Shown piece after piece: positions 40,309 through 50,142 of a DNA stretch of 64,000 nucleotides. The stretch spans positions 47,782 to 111,781 of the forward strand of contig CACNND010000003.1 of assembly GCA_902621725.1 (NCBI GenBank), in the 5' to 3' direction. The position numbers and the translations under genes were made by a program. Each line of letters opens with the position of its first letter. Position 1 is the first letter of the stretch. The notes beneath the pieces are model-generated. The model saw only the letters and a program-made list of their open reading frames with translations, was not told where the DNA came from and made no database searches. The DNA is from an uncultured Alphaproteobacteria bacterium. GTDB taxonomy: Bacteria; Pseudomonadota; Alphaproteobacteria; HIMB59; GCA-002718135.

Positions 40309-43306
40309 AGAAAGTTTCTAAGTTTTTACATACCTGATCAACATTTAATTTTGTAAATACAAGAGGTGGTTTTATTTTAATAACATTGTCATAAGGGCCA
40401 TCAGTGCTCAACAAAATACCTTGATTCCTCATATAATTAATAAGCAATTTAGCTAATTTTTTGTTTGGTTTAGACACATTACTATTTTGAATAATATCTA
40501 TTCCTAAAAAAAGCCCCCTACCCCTAACTTCACTAATATATTTTTTATATTTAAGTTTGATTTTTTTTAATTCTTTTAAAAAATAATTACCAACTAACAA
40601 GGCATTTTTTTGTAATTTATTATTATCAATAGTCTCTAATACTGCTTTACCGATAGCGCAGGAAACGGGATTACCACCGAATGAATTAAAATATTCCATC
40701 CCATTATTAAAAGTTGAAGCTATTTTTTCTGTAGTTATAACAGCAGCTATAGGGTGACCATTACCCATAGGTTTGCCCAAGGTTACTATATCAGGAACGA
40801 CATCATGCTCTTCAAATGACCAAAAATTTCTTCCAACGCGTCCAAAACCAGTTTGTACTTCATCAACAATACATAATGCATTGTTTCTTCTAATTTCTGA
40901 AAATATTTCTTTTAAATAATTTTTTGGAAGAATTACTTGACCACCGCAACCAAGTATACTTTCTGTAAAAAAACATGCAATTTTTGTTTCTTTAATTTTA
41001 TTTCTAATTACTGTTTTAGCTTCATCTATATATTTTTGAATCCAATTTGAATTTTGATATTTCCACTTACCTCTTAAAGGATCAGGCATATCTAATACAT
41101 GAACATAATCTTTTTTACCTAAACCACCCTTACTATTAAATTTGTATGGACTTAGATCAATTAAAGCATTGGTATGCCCGTGATAAGCATTGTCCATCAC
41201 AAAGACATCTTTCGCACTAGTATAAGTTTGAGCTATTCTATAAGCTAAATCATTAGCTTCAGATCCTGTACATACAAAAAATATCTTATTTAATTTCTTT
41301 GGAAACTTACTTAAAAGTAATTCACTATAATCGTTAATTGTATCGTATAGATATCTCGTATTAGTATTAAGTTTTAAATTTTGTTTAATCATAGCTTCAT
41401 GGACATAGGAATTTGAATGCCCAACATGGGAAATATTATTTACACAATCTAAGTATCTCCTGCCATATCTATCAAAAAAATACTGATCTTTAGCTTCAAG
41501 CATATAAAGAGGTTTCTTGTAAGAAATTGATAAATTATCAGAAATATTTTTTCTTCTTTTTTTTAAAGTATCTTTAAAATCATTATTATTAGAATAAAAA
41601 GATTTTGGAATTCGTAGAATTAAATTTGGATCAGGTGAAATTTTATTCCAAATATTGAATAAAAATTCTTCACCTACTCCTGGAAAATTGTTATCATATC
41701 CTAATAAATCTAAAATAATTTGAAAATGTAAATGTGGTAACCATTTTCCATTTTCATTAGAATTACCAATTTTACCAATCCATTCGCCTTTCTTAATTTT
41801 TTTTCCAATTTTTAGTTTTTGAAACATTATTTTGGATAAATGACCGTATAGAGTATAAAATTTATATTTTTTAAAACTATGTTCTAAAACTAGAGTGGGA
41901 CCATAGTCATATTTAAAATTGTTATTTTTTAAAATTATAATTTTACCATCTATTGGCGCAAATAAATCTGTTCCTTGGTCAATAAAGATATCTACGCCTA
42001 AATGAATATTACGTCTTTCATTCGTTTTTAATTCAGAAATAAAGTTAGGTCCCTTATAAACTTTTCTTTTTTCATTGTATAAACCTATTCCTATACGAGA
42101 ATTATCTTCTTTAAATATTTTATTAACCCTTTTTTTAAGCAAACTATTATCTGGGTTACCTTTTAATAAAGGTGAATCAGAACTTAATTTTAAGATAGAT
42201 TTATTTTTATCAAGTATATTAAATTTAAAAATATTATCAAAGTTGAATTTATTTATATAATTTATAATTTCATTATGATGGTGAATAATCTCAAAGCCGC
42301 ATATTTCACGAACAATATATATTAAAAAATTGATAGGAATTTTGTCTAATTTTTCTAATAAAGACCATGCATCTTTCTCACTAATACTTAAATATTGATT
42401 TGATGGATATTTAATTCTTTGTTTTTTTGCCATTACAACAGTAATCATAAGTCTTGACTTACATAATGATATTAATGAATTAATTTCATCTTCATTAATA
42501 GAAAATTGTTTATTGTACTCTGTGATTATATTTTTAAGTGTAAGATAAATATTATCATTATTCATTAATGCATATGAAAGGCATATAGCTAAATCATTTA
42601 TTGTTGGAGAATAAATAGAATCTCCATAATCTAGTAAACCACAAACATTGTTTTTTTTAATAACAATATTATAATTATTTGGATCTGAATGAGTTATTGA
42701 ATATCTTAATTTATTTAAATTATTTTTTACAAATTTTTCATATTCTGAAAAACATTTTAATAAAATTAATTTTTTTGAACCAGTAAAAATATTAATATCT
42801 TTTTTAATCCAACTAATATTTGATGGATCCCAAATAAAATTTCTATGAGCATCTAAATCGTTAAATGCTTGCAACTTAGTTGATACTTTTCCAAGCAACT
42901 TACCTAAAGAATTTTCAATTATATCGTTACTTTTTGTATCTCCATACATTCGCCCATCAATATAAGATAAGATCCTAACAAAGCATTCTCTATTTTTTTT
43001 ATCTAAATATTTTAGAATCTTTGAATGGTGTATTTTTGGTATAAAAGATTTAAGACTAAGATCAGTTCGTAAATAATTTATTAATCTATCTTGGTATTTT
43101 AATATATTTATTTTTTCTGATGGGTTTGAAATTTTTAATACATATTTTTTTTTATTATTTATGAATATAATAAAATTTATATCCCTTTCACTATCAAGTT
43201 GTTTAATTGTGAGTAATTTATTTCTTAAGAAAGAAAAATTAATCTTTAACCATTTAATTAAATGTTTATTATCAATAATAGGTGGATCAACATCAAAAAC
43301 TGACAT
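40295..43306 (-). CDS. Fusion of an APH/hydroxylysine-kinase-like phosphotransferase, an M23 peptidase-like domain and a class III PLP aminotransferase/phospho-lyase
   Basis: SERDINF, HSDPNNYN, DYGD (kinase); HLGVD, LYGHL, PHLHFQ (M23); YLDCVNN..HVGH, GSEANDLA, DEVQTGFGR, LGKPMGNGHP (AGXT2L-like). Start uncertain (43306, 43324 or 43345). Confidence 0.88.
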   Translation of the reverse strand: MSVFDVDPPIIDNKHLIKWLKINFSFLRNKLLTIKQLDSERDINFIIFINNKKKYVLKISNPSEKINILKYQDRLINYLRTDLSLKSFIPKIHHSKILKYLDKKNRECFVRILSYIDGRMYGDTKSNDIIENSLGKLLGKVSTKLQAFNDLDAHRNFIWDPSNISWIKKDINIFTGSKKLILLKCFSEYEKFVKNNLNKLRYSITHSDPNNYNIVIKKNNVCGLLDYGDSIYSPTINDLAICLSYALMNNDNIYLTLKNIITEYNKQFSINEDEINSLISLCKSRLMITVVMAKKQRIKYPSNQYLSISEKDAWSLLEKLDKIPINFLIYIVREICGFEIIHHHNEIINYINKFNFDNIFKFNILDKNKSILKLSSDSPLLKGNPDNSLLKKRVNKIFKEDNSRIGIGLYNEKRKVYKGPNFISELKTNERRNIHLGVDIFIDQGTDLFAPIDGKIIILKNNNFKYDYGPTLVLEHSFKKYKFYTLYGHLSKIMFQKLKIGKKIKKGEWIGKIGNSNENGKWLPHLHFQIILDLLGYDNNFPGVGEEFLFNIWNKISPDPNLILRIPKSFYSNNNDFKDTLKKRRKNISDNLSISYKKPLYMLEAKDQYFFDRYGRRYLDCVNNISHVGHSNSYVHEAMIKQNLKLNTNTRYLYDTINDYSELLLSKFPKKLNKIFFVCTGSEANDLAYRIAQTYTSAKDVFVMDNAYHGHTNALIDLSPYKFNSKGGLGKKDYVHVLDMPDPLRGKWKYQNSNWIQKYIDEAKTVIRNKIKETKIACFFTESILGCGGQVILPKNYLKEIFSEIRRNNALCIVDEVQTGFGRVGRNFWSFEEHDVVPDIVTLGKPMGNGHPIAAVITTEKIASTFNNGMEYFNSFGGNPVSCAIGKAVLETIDNNKLQKNALLVGNYFLKELKKIKLKYKKYISEVRGRGLFLGIDIIQNSNVSKPNKKLAKLLINYMRNQGILLSTDGPYDNVIKIKPPLVFTKLNVDQVCKNLETFFKKL

Positions 43307-43325
43307 AAAAGGTGTATAATTCATA

Positions 43326-44213
43326 ATGCTGAAATCTAAAAACATTTTTGTTTGTATTGGGGCAATTCACCACGATTATTTATTAAATCTTAAAAAAAAT
43401 ATTATTAATTTTAGATCTAATCAAATTATACAAAAAAGCAGAATTGGTGGAGTGGCGTACAATATTGCAGAATTACTTTCGAATTTTGTTGATGTAAATT
43501 TTTATAGTTTAGCTATCAATGAAGAGATTAGAAAAAAAATCTCAAAAAAAATATATGTTCATCAAGTGAATAAAAATTATACAGATAGATACTATTTAGC
43601 TTTATCAGATAAAAATAATAAATTTTTATTAGGATTAGCTAACACAGATGAATATGAAAATAATAAATCTTTAAAAATACCGAACATCAAGAATAAAAAT
43701 ATAATATTTGATCTAAATTTTTCTAAAACCTATTTGGAAAAATCAATAAACAAACTATCAAAAACAAATAAAATTATAGTGTGCGCAACATCAGTGCATA
43801 AAGTTATTAAAATTAAAAGGATTATAAATAAAATTGATTTTATATTCTTAAATAAAGCAGAGTTACTTAAACTTACAAATTCTTCAAATATAATATTAGG
43901 TGTAAAAAAAATATTAAAACAAAATAAAAAAATAAAAATAATTACTACTAATTCAAAAAATAATGTAATCTTTGGAAGTAATGAATTTATAAAAAAAATA
44001 AAACCCCCATCAATCAAAGTAGTAAACGAAAATGGAGCTGGAGACGCACTAGCAGCTATGATGCTGTATTTGTTCAGTGTAAATGAGAAAATGAATTATA
44101 TTTTGAAAACTTCTGTAGCATGCGGATCTTATTATGCTAGTGGTAAAAGTCTAAAAACTAAGAGAGATTTTTTAAAAATTAAAAATCTTTCTAAGAAAGT
44201 GAGTGTACAATAG
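43326..44213 (+). CDS. PfkB-family kinase, probable pseudouridine kinase (divergent)
   Basis: GGVAYNIA, FLNKAE, NENGAGDA; directly upstream of psuG. Confidence 0.75.
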   Translation: MLKSKNIFVCIGAIHHDYLLNLKKNIINFRSNQIIQKSRIGGVAYNIAELLSNFVDVNFYSLAINEEIRKKISKKIYVHQVNKNYTDRYYLALSDKNNKFLLGLANTDEYENNKSLKIPNIKNKNIIFDLNFSKTYLEKSINKLSKTNKIIVCATSVHKVIKIKRIINKIDFIFLNKAELLKLTNSSNIILGVKKILKQNKKIKIITTNSKNNVIFGSNEFIKKIKPPSIKVVNENGAGDALAAMMLYLFSVNEKMNYILKTSVACGSYYASGKSLKTKRDFLKIKNLSKKVSVQ

Positions 44214-44214
44214 T

Positions 44215-45123
44215 ATGCATGAAATATTTGATTTAAGTAAAAAAATTCAAGAAGCAATAAATAGAAAAAAACCAATAGTAGCTTTAGAAAGTACGTTGAT
44301 TAGTCATGGATTACCCTATCCAGAAAATATTAAAGTCGCAAATGAGTCTATAAAGGCTGTTGAAGATAACGGTGCAATTGCTGCAACAATAGGAATAATT
44401 AGAGGTAGGGTTAAAATAGGATTATCGGAAGAAGACATTGAAATATTAGCAAAAGAAAAAAATGTACAAAAAGTTTCAAACAACAATATAAATTTATCAA
44501 TATTTAATAAAGAAAATGCTGCTACAACAGTAGCAAGTACAATTGCTATAGCTTCTAAATTTCAAATAAGATTTTTTGCAACAGGAGGAATTGGTGGTGT
44601 GCATCTAAATGCTGAAAATACCAATGATGTATCTGCAGATCTATATGCACTATCTGAGAATTCAAATTTTGTAATCTGTAGTGGTGCTAAATCTATTTTA
44701 GATATAAGTAAAACAAATGAACTTCTTGAAACTTTAGGAATTACAAGAATTGGTTATCAAACAAATTATATGCCTGGTTTTTGGTATGAAGAAACAGAAA
44801 ATAAAGTCGATAATAAATTTGATGAAATTCATGAAATTTCTTCTTTTTTAAAACTCAATGAAAATATAGGAAATAAAAAATCAATTCTCATATTTAATAA
44901 AGTTCCATCAGAAAAAGCACTTAATAAAAATGACGTAAAAAAATGGATAAATAATGCAACAATAAAAGCTGATAGAAATAATATTATTGGAAAAGAATTA
45001 ACTCCGTTTCTCATAAAAGAAATTAACGAACAATCAAAAAATGAAACTCTAAATGCTAATGTATCTTTAATAATTAATAATGCGAATTTAGCTGGAAAGA
45101 TTGCAAAGAGTTTTTATAGTTAA
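44215..45123 (+). CDS. psuG: Pseudouridine-5'-phosphate glycosidase
   Basis: VALESTLISHGLPYPEN, ATTVAST, FATGGIGGVH, DVSADL, GAKSILD, GKELTPF. Confidence 0.95.
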   Translation: MHEIFDLSKKIQEAINRKKPIVALESTLISHGLPYPENIKVANESIKAVEDNGAIAATIGIIRGRVKIGLSEEDIEILAKEKNVQKVSNNNINLSIFNKENAATTVASTIAIASKFQIRFFATGGIGGVHLNAENTNDVSADLYALSENSNFVICSGAKSILDISKTNELLETLGITRIGYQTNYMPGFWYEETENKVDNKFDEIHEISSFLKLNENIGNKKSILIFNKVPSEKALNKNDVKKWINNATIKADRNNIIGKELTPFLIKEINEQSKNETLNANVSLIINNANLAGKIAKSFYS

Positions 45124-46064
45124 GGTAATAACGATAATTTAGCTTTAAGTAATTGAAAGAATTTTTCATCATTAGCTTCATTCATCACAAAACAATTTAC
45201 TGGTCTTTTAGTAACACCTAGCCAATCAACAACAGTCTCCCCTCTTGTTAATTCAGAATTTTCTTCAACTGTGACATTAACTTTTTTTCCACTAAAAATA
45301 GATGGATCTAACAAATATGCAATAACACATGGGTCATGCAAAGGAGTTTCCTCAGTTTCGTATAATTCTTTATGAAATATTGTATAAAATTCCATTAGTT
45401 CTCCAAAAAACTTAGAACTTTTATTATTATTTTCATTCATTGATTTGATAATTTTTGAATTTACATTTACCTGATGAGTAACATCTAAACCCATCATTGT
45501 TAAAGGAATGCCTGATTCTAAAACAATATTAGCCGCATGTGGATCTACATAAATATTAAATTCAGCTGATGGTGTAGTATTTCCTAAGCACATAGCAGCC
45601 CCACCCATAAAAACTATTTCTTTTATATTTTCTTTAATAGACGGATCTTTTTTTAAACTTAAGGCAATATTTGTAAGAGGTCCTGTTGGACATAAATAAA
45701 TTTGCTCTGTTGAAGATTTACAAGTTTCTACTATGAAATCAACTGCATGTTTTTCTTGAGGTTTATAATTTGTATCTATTATTATAGGATCACCTTTTTT
45801 ATCTAATCCGGTTTTTCCGTGAACATATTCAGCTGTAAATAATTCATAATGAATAGGTTTATTTGCACCAGAGTAAACTTTAATGTCCGTTCTTTCAATT
45901 AACGTACAAACTTTAAGAGCGTTATTTACTGTATTATTTAAACCACTATTTCCACCCACACAGGTGATACCCAGTATGTCAATCTCCTTAGAAGAAGAAG
46001 CTAACATTATTGCTACAGCATCATCATGACCTGGGTCACAATCTAAAATTATTTTTTTAGTCAT
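45120..46064 (-). CDS. Nucleoside hydrolase (IU-NH/Rih family)
   Basis: DCDPGHDDA, VHGKTGL, TGPLTNIA, AEFNIYVDP, LHDP; start trimmed to ATG 46064. Confidence 0.93.
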   Translation of the reverse strand: MTKKIILDCDPGHDDAVAIMLASSSKEIDILGITCVGGNSGLNNTVNNALKVCTLIERTDIKVYSGANKPIHYELFTAEYVHGKTGLDKKGDPIIIDTNYKPQEKHAVDFIVETCKSSTEQIYLCPTGPLTNIALSLKKDPSIKENIKEIVFMGGAAMCLGNTTPSAEFNIYVDPHAANIVLESGIPLTMMGLDVTHQVNVNSKIIKSMNENNNKSSKFFGELMEFYTIFHKELYETEETPLHDPCVIAYLLDPSIFSGKKVNVTVEENSELTRGETVVDWLGVTKRPVNCFVMNEANDEKFFQLLKAKLSLLP

Positions 46065-46920
46065 TAATAAAACTTTTAAGAGGTATTGAAGACCTTTGTA
46101 ACCAATTCCATTCAGGATATTCGTTGTTATTCTCAATTACATGAATTGTGTAAGCATGTCTTGATTTTAAACTTGTGTTCTCACATGAGTAATGAGGGAG
46201 TCTACCATGTAATAAAACAAGTGATCCTTTTTTTACTTCTACAAAAGTATCAGTTTCAGGAAATGGTTCATGATTTAGATCTATCATTTGCATTTTACCG
46301 TCTACTTTTTTAAAAAGTTTTCTTAATGGGCCTTTATGACCTCCACTTGCAACCTGTAAACATCCGTTTGTTTTATTTGCGTCTTCTAATGCAAACCAAA
46401 AACCGATAGTACTTTCTGGCTCGGTATATAAAAAGGTAGAATCTTGATGACAAACTACTTCACCACCTATTTTAGGTTGTTTAAAAATATACATAGACTG
46501 AAGTAATTTTGGTTTTGAGAAACCAAGTGATAAAGCTATATCTTGAAGTTTTTGTTTATGAGAAAATTTATAAAAAACTTTATCCAAGTCATGCAAAGCA
46601 TGACCGATTTTGTTTACAATATAATGTTTATTTTCTTTTATGTTATCATCTTTTAAATTAGCTTTTTCTTCAAAGAAGAAACGAATTTTATCTCCTGATT
46701 CTAGAAAATAACTATCATCATTATGAGCTTGATTTACTGTATCAAAAATAGATTTTTGATTATTAAAATTATTATGTTCGATAAGATATGATGATCGTTC
46801 CATCAATTCATCACATTCTTTATCTGTGTTGAAATTTTCTATAACCAAATATCCATTATTATTCCAAAAATTAATCATTTCATCGTTTAAGGGTAAATCA
46901 TTTGTTGAGAAATATTTCAT
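46057..46920 (-). CDS. Fe(II)/2-oxoglutarate dioxygenase, PhyH family (PHYHD1-like)
   Basis: FLESGDKIRFFFEE, NKIGHALHD, QSMYIFKQPKIGGEV..HQDSTFLYTEP, WFALEDA, SRHAYT. Confidence 0.9.
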   Translation of the reverse strand: MKYFSTNDLPLNDEMINFWNNNGYLVIENFNTDKECDELMERSSYLIEHNNFNNQKSIFDTVNQAHNDDSYFLESGDKIRFFFEEKANLKDDNIKENKHYIVNKIGHALHDLDKVFYKFSHKQKLQDIALSLGFSKPKLLQSMYIFKQPKIGGEVVCHQDSTFLYTEPESTIGFWFALEDANKTNGCLQVASGGHKGPLRKLFKKVDGKMQMIDLNHEPFPETDTFVEVKKGSLVLLHGRLPHYSCENTSLKSRHAYTIHVIENNNEYPEWNWLQRSSIPLKSFIND

Positions 46921-47153
46921 TATATTCCTATTAATCTTGTCAAGAATGGTAAACCAACTTTAATAAGATTTAATAACTGTGGTATCAAGAATTTTCCAGT
47001 TGTTGCAAGAAAGAAGATTATACCTCCAATTATGACTATCAGAATTAAATTTCTATAAAAGCTACCATAATTATTATATTGTGATTTAGCTCTTGATCTC
47101 AAAATAAATAGTATAATTACTATAACAATTAAAACTATTAACAATCGGAACAT
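46920..47153 (-). CDS. Small membrane protein, hypothetical
   Basis: Two TM segments; translationally coupled to the PhyH gene. Confidence 0.7.
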   Translation of the reverse strand: MFRLLIVLIVIVIILFILRSRAKSQYNNYGSFYRNLILIVIIGGIIFFLATTGKFLIPQLLNLIKVGLPFLTRLIGI

Positions 47154-47221
47154 ATATTTTCTATATTTAGTAAAAATTAATTTGCAATACTAATTATATC
47201 TAAATAAATAGTTTTTAGTAG

Positions 47222-47605
47222 ATGATCAAATTAAGCATATTATTTTTATCAATTTTTTCTTTAATTTATGGAATATATTTTTTATTTTTTCCATATAGTT
47301 TTGTTAATTTAACTGCTGCTGAAAGTACCAATATAGCATGGCTTAGAAATCTTGGTGGAGCTATAACAGGTCTTTTATTTATTGGTCTTTTCATGATCTA
47401 CTTGAATACAAAAGGCTCTATTAGATTACTAAATGTTATTATAATTACATCCATTATACAGACTTCAGCTTTAATATATTCAAGAATAGCAAATGAATTT
47501 TCTGCAAATAATGTTATAATTATCGATGTAACTATTTATGCAGCAATAATCGTTACTCTTTATTTACTATTCATTTCAATTAGATTTAAAAAACTATTTA
47601 TTTAA
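47222..47605 (+). CDS. Four-TM hypothetical membrane protein
   Basis: 127 aa hydrophobic ORF. Confidence 0.7.
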   Translation: MIKLSILFLSIFSLIYGIYFLFFPYSFVNLTAAESTNIAWLRNLGGAITGLLFIGLFMIYLNTKGSIRLLNVIIITSIIQTSALIYSRIANEFSANNVIIIDVTIYAAIIVTLYLLFISIRFKKLFI

Positions 47606-48191
47606 ATTTAAAAAAAATTCTAAATAATAAAAAAATAATTAATAGTAAAAAAATTAAAATTAATTCAAATGATATAATATTACTAAGCTGAAATTCTTTA
47701 ACTTCAATAAGATCAGAAAATTGATCACCAATAAATGAAAAAAAAAGAAAATAAGGAGAGAAACCGATAAAAGATGAAATGATAAATTTAGTTTTAGAAA
47801 TATTTAAAGTTGATAAAAATAAATTTTGAACAAATAATGGTACTCCAAAGATTAGTCGTAATAATACTAAGTATTCAAAAGATGATTTTTTAATAATTTT
47901 ATTTAGCTTATCACTAAATTTTTCTATTTGTTTATTAAAATATTTTTTAAATATATTTTTAAAAAAAAGAAAAAAACATAAACTGCCTAAAACGATGGTT
48001 AATATATTAATTATAAAACCTGTAATAAATCCAAAAAAGAAACTTGATGCTAGTATAATTATTAAACCGCCAGGTAGAGAAAAAGTAAAAAACAAAAATG
48101 AAAATAAAAAATATAAAATTAAAGATAATTCTAAATTATTTTTAATTAATAATTCAAATTGAAGTAAAAAATTAAAAATAACATCAATCAT
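47598..48191 (-). CDS. VTT domain (TVP38/TMEM64/DedA-like) membrane protein
   Basis: SLPGG, FFFG, LLRLIFGVPLFVQN, FIGFSP. Confidence 0.8.
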   Translation of the reverse strand: MIDVIFNFLLQFELLIKNNLELSLILYFLFSFLFFTFSLPGGLIIILASSFFFGFITGFIINILTIVLGSLCFFLFFKNIFKKYFNKQIEKFSDKLNKIIKKSSFEYLVLLRLIFGVPLFVQNLFLSTLNISKTKFIISSFIGFSPYFLFFSFIGDQFSDLIEVKEFQLSNIISFELILIFLLLIIFLLFRIFFKFK

Positions 48192-48949
48192 TTAATAATT
48201 TTAAAACCTTTAAAAAAAATAAATGATGTAATAATAAAAGTTATCAAAATAAAAAATATTATAAAGATATTTTCAACTAAATTAAATGAAAATTCATTAT
48301 TAAATGAGTTTCTAAAAAAGCTTACGACATAATAGTAAGGATTATATAAAAGTATTGCCTTAAAATTATCAGGAAGATAATTAATTGAAAAAAAAGTTCC
48401 TGATAAGAAATTAATAGGTGCAACAAAAAAACTTGAGAATGTACTTTGAGAGTCCCAAGAATTAAAAATTATTCCCACTAAACATCCTAAACATGAGAAA
48501 AATATTATTACTAAAAATATGTAATAAAAAAAATAAAAAAAACTATAAATTTCAATATCTATAAAAAAAGTAAATATTAAAAAATTAAATAGTGCTAAAA
48601 TAATTCCAATAATAAGTGATGTGAATATCAATGATATTAATATTTCTATTCTATAAATAGGTGCTATTAACCAATCATCTAAAGAGCCAATTTGTTTCAT
48701 ATGAATTAAAGTAGCAGATGAATTATCGTAACTTTCTTGAGCAACAATCATGATAATTAATCCAGGAGCTATAAACTCAACAAAAGATCCAGAATCTATA
48801 GATAGTGAATAATAGCTCTCTACAGTAAGAAATACCAAAATAAATAATAGATTTGTCGTAAGAGGAGCTAATAGTGAATAATGATATTCATAAAAAAATT
48901 CCCTAAGTCTGGAAGCAACAATTGTATAAATTGCACTTAAGTTAAACAT
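48188..48949 (-). CDS. ABC-2 type transporter permease
   Basis: FVEFIAPGLI, APINFLSGTFFSI..LP, YNPYYY. Confidence 0.85.
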   Translation of the reverse strand: MFNLSAIYTIVASRLREFFYEYHYSLLAPLTTNLLFILVFLTVESYYSLSIDSGSFVEFIAPGLIIMIVAQESYDNSSATLIHMKQIGSLDDWLIAPIYRIEILISLIFTSLIIGIILALFNFLIFTFFIDIEIYSFFYFFYYIFLVIIFFSCLGCLVGIIFNSWDSQSTFSSFFVAPINFLSGTFFSINYLPDNFKAILLYNPYYYVVSFFRNSFNNEFSFNLVENIFIIFFILITFIITSFIFFKGFKIIK

Positions 48950-48963
48950 TAAAAAAAAATTTT

Positions 48964-50142
48964 TTAATTTGAAAAATATTTCTTAACTAAATCTACCCAA
49001 AAGTTCACACCAATAGGTAGTAATTTATCATTAAAATCATACTTAGTTGTATGAAGACTTGCTGTATGTTCTTCATCTCCCTGACCTATAAATAAATATG
49101 AACCAGGTTTTTCTTCTAATAAATAAGAAAAATCCTCACCACCCATACAAGGATCTATATCAGTTTGTACATTATCTTCCCCCACAAGGTTTTTTGCAAC
49201 CTGAGATGCAAAGATTGATTCTTTTTTAGAATTATAAGTTGGAGGATATTTGTTAGTTAAATCAAATTTAATTTTGACATCCGCCCCATGAGCCTTTGCT
49301 ATACCTTCTGTTATTTCATTAATTCTTTTTTCAACATAGGATCTTGTTTCTTTTTTAAACGTTCTAATAGTACCTCCAAAAGTAGCCTCATTACTTATTA
49401 CATTATGAGCACTACCTGAATTAATTTTAGTTATACTGACTAAAGCCTTATCTACTGGATCAATTGATCTACTCACTATTGTTTGTATTGAATTGATTAT
49501 TTGACTGGCAATAACAATGGGATCTATGGTTAAATGAGGCATAGCAGCGTGGCCTCCTTTACCTATCACAGTTATGTCAAACTCATCTACAGCTGCCATC
49601 ATGGGGCCATTATTTACCCCAAAAGTTCCTAGTGGTGTTTCTGGCCAGTTATGAAGAGCATAAACTTCGTCTATCTTGAAATCTTTAAACATTCCATCAT
49701 CAATCATTTTTTTACCACCAGCAAAACCCTCCTCACCAGGCTGAAAAATAAAATAAACTTTTCCATTAAAATTTTTGTTTTCACTTAAATATTTAGCAGC
49801 TCCAAGCAACATAGTCGTATGGCCATCATGACCACAACCATGCATCATACCAGCATTAGTTGATTTGTGTTCAAAATCATTTTTTTCAGTCATTGGTAGG
49901 GCATCAAAATCAGCTCGCAATCCTATAGTTTTATCACTATTATTATTATCACTTTCAACCCAAGCAACTATACCCGTACCTGCATATCCTTCTTTAAAAT
50001 CAATATTAAATTCTTTTAGTTTATTTTTAATATATTTAGATGTTTCATATTCTTGAAGGCCAATTTCAGGGATTCTATGAAGATCTTGACGCCATTCTTT
50101 CATCTGATCTTGCATTTGATTTATACTATTGAGTATTGGCAT
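48964..50142 (-). CDS. M20D amidohydrolase (hippurate hydrolase-like)
   Basis: HRIPEIG, LRADFDALP, MHGCGHDGH, FQPGEE, GGHAAMP, GGEDF. Confidence 0.92.
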   Translation of the reverse strand: MPILNSINQMQDQMKEWRQDLHRIPEIGLQEYETSKYIKNKLKEFNIDFKEGYAGTGIVAWVESDNNNSDKTIGLRADFDALPMTEKNDFEHKSTNAGMMHGCGHDGHTTMLLGAAKYLSENKNFNGKVYFIFQPGEEGFAGGKKMIDDGMFKDFKIDEVYALHNWPETPLGTFGVNNGPMMAAVDEFDITVIGKGGHAAMPHLTIDPIVIASQIINSIQTIVSRSIDPVDKALVSITKINSGSAHNVISNEATFGGTIRTFKKETRSYVEKRINEITEGIAKAHGADVKIKFDLTNKYPPTYNSKKESIFASQVAKNLVGEDNVQTDIDPCMGGEDFSYLLEEKPGSYLFIGQGDEEHTASLHTTKYDFNDKLLPIGVNFWVDLVKKYFSN

